A stretch of DNA of 64,000 nt from Haliotis cracherodii. Lineage: Eukaryota. Where the stretch lies: assembly GCF_022045235.1 (NCBI RefSeq), contig NW_027266268.1, positions 6,138,001 to 6,202,000 on the forward strand, written 5' to 3'. Below are positions 59,177-64,000 of this stretch, in pieces (position 1 is the stretch's first letter; the number at the start of each line of letters is the position of its first letter). The position numbers were made by a program, and so were the translations under genes. The notes under the pieces were generated by a model that saw only the letters and a list, made by a program, of their open reading frames with translations, had not been told where the DNA came from and did no database searches.

Positions 59177-59348
59177 GGGGCGGTCGGGTAGCCTAGTGGG
59201 TAAAGCGTTGGCTCGTCACGCCGAAGACCCGGGTTCGATTCCCGACATGGGGACATTGTGTGAAGCCTATTTCTGGTGTCCCCAGCCGTGATATTGCTGG
59301 AATATAGCTAAAAGCGGCGTAAAACCAAACTCACTCACTCACTCACTA
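59177..59348 (+). mobile_element. SINE family 1
   Basis: A/B boxes; TSD ACTTTCATGAAAA at 59163 and 59349. Further degraded copies at about 12790-12951(-), 20318-20440(-), 25815-25960, 50411-50558 and 58750-58905. Confidence 0.9.
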
Positions 59349-60619
59349 ACTTTCATGAAAACTTAACTAAATTATTCAGAAAAACAACAGAACTGTTCAA
59401 GACACGCATACTTGACCTACTTTATAATAAGTGTGTGAAATCAGCAATATTCTACCCATACCACGGCGACCTGTGAAACTTGGCCCCGGTAGACAATAGT
59501 TAAATGGTCGACCAACCATCCAGGGGCAGAATGACAAACAATCATCCAGGTCACGCATTGTAAGCACCCTCATTAATCGACACTTGACGACGACGGGATA
59601 CTTGGTACCTATTCTGTCTCAGAACCCCCACGGTACTGGGACCTGGGAAGTCAGCAGCATCAGCGACTGAGGTGGATGCTACGCTGTTTCTAAGGAATTG
59701 ATCAGTTATCAGTTGTGTTGTCAGGTGTCGCGCTAACACAGGTGGCATTGCTTACCTAGAGACGAGGGCCGCTGTACTCACTCACAGCAGAAGAAGGAAC
59801 ACACAGGTAAGTGTATACAAATACACATATGCTGTTTGGTTTATAGAATTTACATGAAGTTAAAATATGTATTTTTTACAATATAAACATATATCCTGAG
59901 TGTATTATTTAATGAAAGATACGTTACAGTTTACTTTCATATTGTGAGGAGAATGTTTTTATTTTCTCTTCTCAAACGTTTGGGTAAAGTTATTTTATGT
60001 GTTGCGTGATCTTTTCTTCATCACTGTTTTTCAGTGATCCAATCATAGAGTTATGACAGCTATTTTGACTTTTACGCCGAATGAAATCTGTTTTCAGATA
60101 ATCGGGACTGGTGATTGTTTGCTTTGACGTTTTAAATTTATTTGATTAACTAAAAGAAATAAGGATTCATATTGCTATTTCCTTGAGGATAACGAAAACA
60201 TTACTTTCTCAAGTTGAGTTGAAATGGTTTGTGTAGTAGTTTGAAAATGATCTGAAGAACGAAACAGACGGAGAGGTGGACATTAACTTGCGATGGCATA
60301 GGGTGACTTAACGTTAAAGAATTGACAACACCGTATAACTAAATATACTGAAGGAAATAAATAAGGGAACACTTAGTTTTAGACACAGTAAACTGATATG
60401 CTATCATGGGTTCCCAGCCTCGTCTACAAAAACAATGCACACAAACACATCTCAACATTTGATTCTGACGTGTTGAATTTGTATGCGCGCTGTTTCAAAT
60501 GTACTGACAGCAAAGCTTATTTCCCTATATTTTTCACTGTTCCCTTTTTCGTTTCCATAAGAATATGATCACAGAAACTAGATATTACCGTGTGAACTAA
60601 ATGTCATCATTTTAACTAC

Positions 60620-61100
60620 ATCACATACAATACATATCACATAAACAAGATATCATAATATAAAATTATAGATATTAACACATAAACAATATATCATCTT
60701 ATAATTTAGATATCATATGAACGAGATATCATCATATAAAGCAGGTATCACGTAAAATAGATATATGAACTAGATATCATCGTATAAACTAGATATGACA
60801 TAACTAGTTATTATTTAAACTAGATATCAGCGTATAAACAAGATATCACATGTCAGAATATAACCTAGATATCAGAATATAAACTAGATATCAGAATATA
60901 AACAAGATATCATCACATGAACAAGATATAATAACATAATATATATCACACAAGCAATATATTATCTTATAACCTAGATGACATATAAACTAGCTATCAC
61001 ATAAACTAGATATCATCACATAACCCAGGTAACACATAAAGTAGATATATAAACTATATATCATCAAATAAGCTAGATATCACATAAACTAGATATCAGT
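60620..61100. repeat. Degenerate ~17-19-bp repeat (ATAAACTAGATATCAC)
   Basis: Direct inspection. Confidence 0.8.
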
Positions 61101-61279
61101 ATGGCTACTAAGTACATAAGTAAATACATCAAATCGTCTTGAAGACGAACTATTATCACGAGACCAGACGCCATGACGGATACTAGAAAATTTATGTTTC
61201 TTATAAGCCACACATGGGACACAAATCCAACTGATATAATGTGTATTATCTGTTAGCTAAATGCAGTAGCGATGTAATG

Positions 61280-62045
61280 CAGACAATATGGACAAGGTAT
61301 GACAATGTAAACAATATATGGACAATGTATGACAATGTAGATAATATGGACAACGTATGACAATGTAGACAATATGGACAATGTATGACAATGTAGACAA
61401 TATGGACAACATATGACAATGTAAACAATATATGGACAATGTATGACAATGTAGATAATATGGACAACGTATGACCATGTAGACAATATGGACAATGTAT
61501 GACAATGTAGATAATATGGGCAACATATGACAATGTAGATAAGATGGACAATGTATGACAATGTGGATAATATGGACAACGTATGACCATGTAGACAATA
61601 TGGACAATGTATGACAATGTAGATAATATGGACAACGTATGACAATGTAGATAATATGGACAACGTATGACAATGTAGATAATATGGACAACGTATGACA
61701 ATGTAGACAATATATGGACAATGTATGACAATGTAGATAATAGGGACAACGTATGACAATGTAGACAATATGGACAATGTATGACAATGTAGACAATATG
61801 GACAACATATGACAATGTAGACAATATATGGACAATGTATGACAATGTAGATAATATGGACAACGTATGACCATGTAGACAATATGGACAATGTATGACA
61901 ATGTAGATAATATGGACAATGTATGACAATGTAGACAATATTGACAATGTAGACAATATGGACAGTGTAGACAATATATGGGCAACGTATGACAATGTAG
62001 ACAATATGGATAGCGTATGACAATGGAGATAATATGGACAAGATA
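61280..62045. repeat. ~31-33-bp satellite built from GACAAT sub-repeats
   Basis: Direct inspection. Confidence 0.95.
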
Positions 62046-62569
62046 TGAAAATATAGAGAGTTTGAGATTCCTATACTCTGCTGTATAACCTCTCCCAAGA
62101 GAGCAGCATAAAGCAGACCTTTTTGTACCAACCACCAGCTCGTGTGCAGCGCTGTCGTCGTCGTCATCGACAGCGTCATGCTTGCTTCAATGCATCACAG
62201 TCAGCACTTTTATCTGTCAGCTTCCAGAAGCAGAAACCCCTGTTTAAAAAGATAAACATATTCATGTATGAAATTAAGTCTTTGTTACGCTGTAATGGAG
62301 ACCATGCACAAGTGTCTCCACAATGCATCATATGAAGTATAACTACGGTTGCCGGTAAAAATCGTTACTTTGAACAAATGCAATTATGGTCATTGTTTTC
62401 GAAAAAAAGAAACTGCATCAATATTCTGACAGACGTCGAACGAAACACTTATATATCGAGCAACAAAGTCGATGTCATTAATCGATCAATTAAGTGACAA
62501 CACTGTCTGGATCCGATGGAGTATGAAAACGCTCTATGCAACGCGTTTCATTTCATGCCAAGTTCAAGA

Positions 62570-64000
62570 TAAACCTATGCTAGTCTCAATAGGTCTCCAG
62601 CAACCTATTCATGTCTTTGTAGATCTCCAGCAGCCTAGGTTCGTCTTAAAGGTCCTCAGTATCCTAGGCTTGTCATATAAGGTCTCCAGAAACCTATGGA
62701 TGTCTTAATAGTTCTCCAGAACCCTTTGCATGTCTCAATAGGTCAGCAGCCTAGGTTCGTCTTAAAGGTCCCCAGTATCCTAGGCTTGTCATATTAGGTC
62801 TCCAGAAAGCTACGGATGTCTTAATAGGCCACCAGAAACCTATGAATGTCTTTGTAGGCCTCCAGAAACTTATGAATGTCTTAATTGGCCTCCAGCAACC
62901 TATGCATGTTTTATAGGTCTCCAGAAACCTATGCATGTCTTAATAGGTCTCCAGAAACCTATGCATGTCTTAATAGGCCACCAGAAACCTATGAATGTCT
63001 TTGTAGGTCTCCAGAAACTTGTGAATGTCTTAATTGGCCTCCAGCAACCTATGCATGTTTTATAGGTCTCCAGAAACCTATGCATGTCTTAATAGGTCTC
63101 CAGAAACCTATGCATGTCTTAATAGGTCTCTAGAAACCTATGCCTGTCTTAATAGGTCTCCAGAAACCTATGCATGTTTTAATAGGTCTCCAGAAACCTA
63201 TGCTTGTCTTAATAGGTCTCCGGAAACCTCTGCATGTTTTAATAGGTCTCCAGAAACCTATGCAGGTCTTAATAGGTCTCCAGAAACCTATGCATGTTTA
63301 CATAGGTCTCCAGAAACCTCTGCATATTTTAATAGGTCTCCAGAAACCTCTGCATGTCTTAATAGGTCTGCAGAAACCTATGCATGTCTTAATAGGTCTC
63401 TAGAAACCTATGCATGTCTTAATAGGTCTCCAGAAACCTATGCATGTTTTAATAGGTCTCCAGAAACCTATGCTTGTCATGATATGTCTCCGGAAACCTC
63501 TGCATGTTTTAATAGGTCTCCAGAAACCTATGCATGTCTTAATAGGTCTCCAGAAACCCATGCATGTCTTAATAGGTCTCCAGAAACCTATGCATGTCTT
63601 AATAGGTCTCTAGAAACCTATGCATGTCTTAATAGGTCTCCAGAAACCTATGCATGTTTTAATAGGTCTCCAGAAACCTATGCTTGTCATGATATGTCTC
63701 CGGAAACCTATGCATGTTTTAATAGGTCTCCAGAAACCTATGCATGTCTTAATAGGTCTCCAGAAACCTATGCATGTCTTAATAGGTCTCCAGAAACCTA
63801 TGCATGTCTTGATAGGTCTCCAGAAACCTATACATGTTTTAATAGGTCTCCAGAAACCTATGCATGTTTTAATAGGTCTCCAGAAACCTATGCATGTTTT
63901 AATAGGTCTCCAAAAACCTATGCATGTTTTTTAGAAACCTATGCATGTTTTAATAGGTCTCCAGAAACCTATGCTTGTCATAATAGGTCTCCAGCAACGT
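62570..64000. repeat. 30-bp satellite (AATAGGTCTCCAGAAACCTATGCATGTCTT), running off the window end
   Basis: Direct inspection. Confidence 0.95.

Noticed and set aside
7346-59348. tRNA genes suggested by A/B boxes
   Set aside because: Heads continue into SINE bodies with microsatellite tails and TSDs; no complete cloverleaf or acceptor stem.
61246-64000. 250-300-aa Cys/His-rich ORFs and HVLIGLQKPM repeats
   Set aside because: Satellite DNA open in multiple frames, with no unique coding signal.

Overview
Eukaryotic, intron-containing, repeat-rich invertebrate DNA. The SINE content suggests a mollusc, possibly an abalone-like gastropod (inference only). The core is a tandem array of flavin-containing monooxygenase (FMO5-like) genes on the + strand: four intact 5-exon copies (A 6961-13732, B 15906-23370, C 33474-43928, D 49064-54167; 533-540 aa; all introns GT-AG) and an orphan, frameshifted exon-1 pseudogene (25415-25675) whose intron runs into a decayed Polinton/Maverick-like relic. 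The paralogues are near-identical except in one ~18-codon segment of exon 3, a few active-site-adjacent residues and the C-terminal tail. They also differ in candidate xenobiotic-response elements: an ARE in intron 1 and a TGACCT 10-bp-period (DR4) array in intron 4. At the left end a divergently transcribed gene encodes a 336-aa coiled-coil protein with a central hydrophobic hairpin; its promoter has a TATA box, a palindromic STAT (GAS) site and a Rel/Dorsal-type site. The rest is four SINE-like families (many copies with TSDs; one has a non-tRNA, covarying, pseudoknot-like 5' head), relics of Crypton, Tc1, MULE, Penelope and LINE elements, hairpin MITE-like elements, several mini/microsatellites and two N gaps. 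Most long ORFs in the supplied track are satellite artefacts. All calls were made by eye with no database searches.
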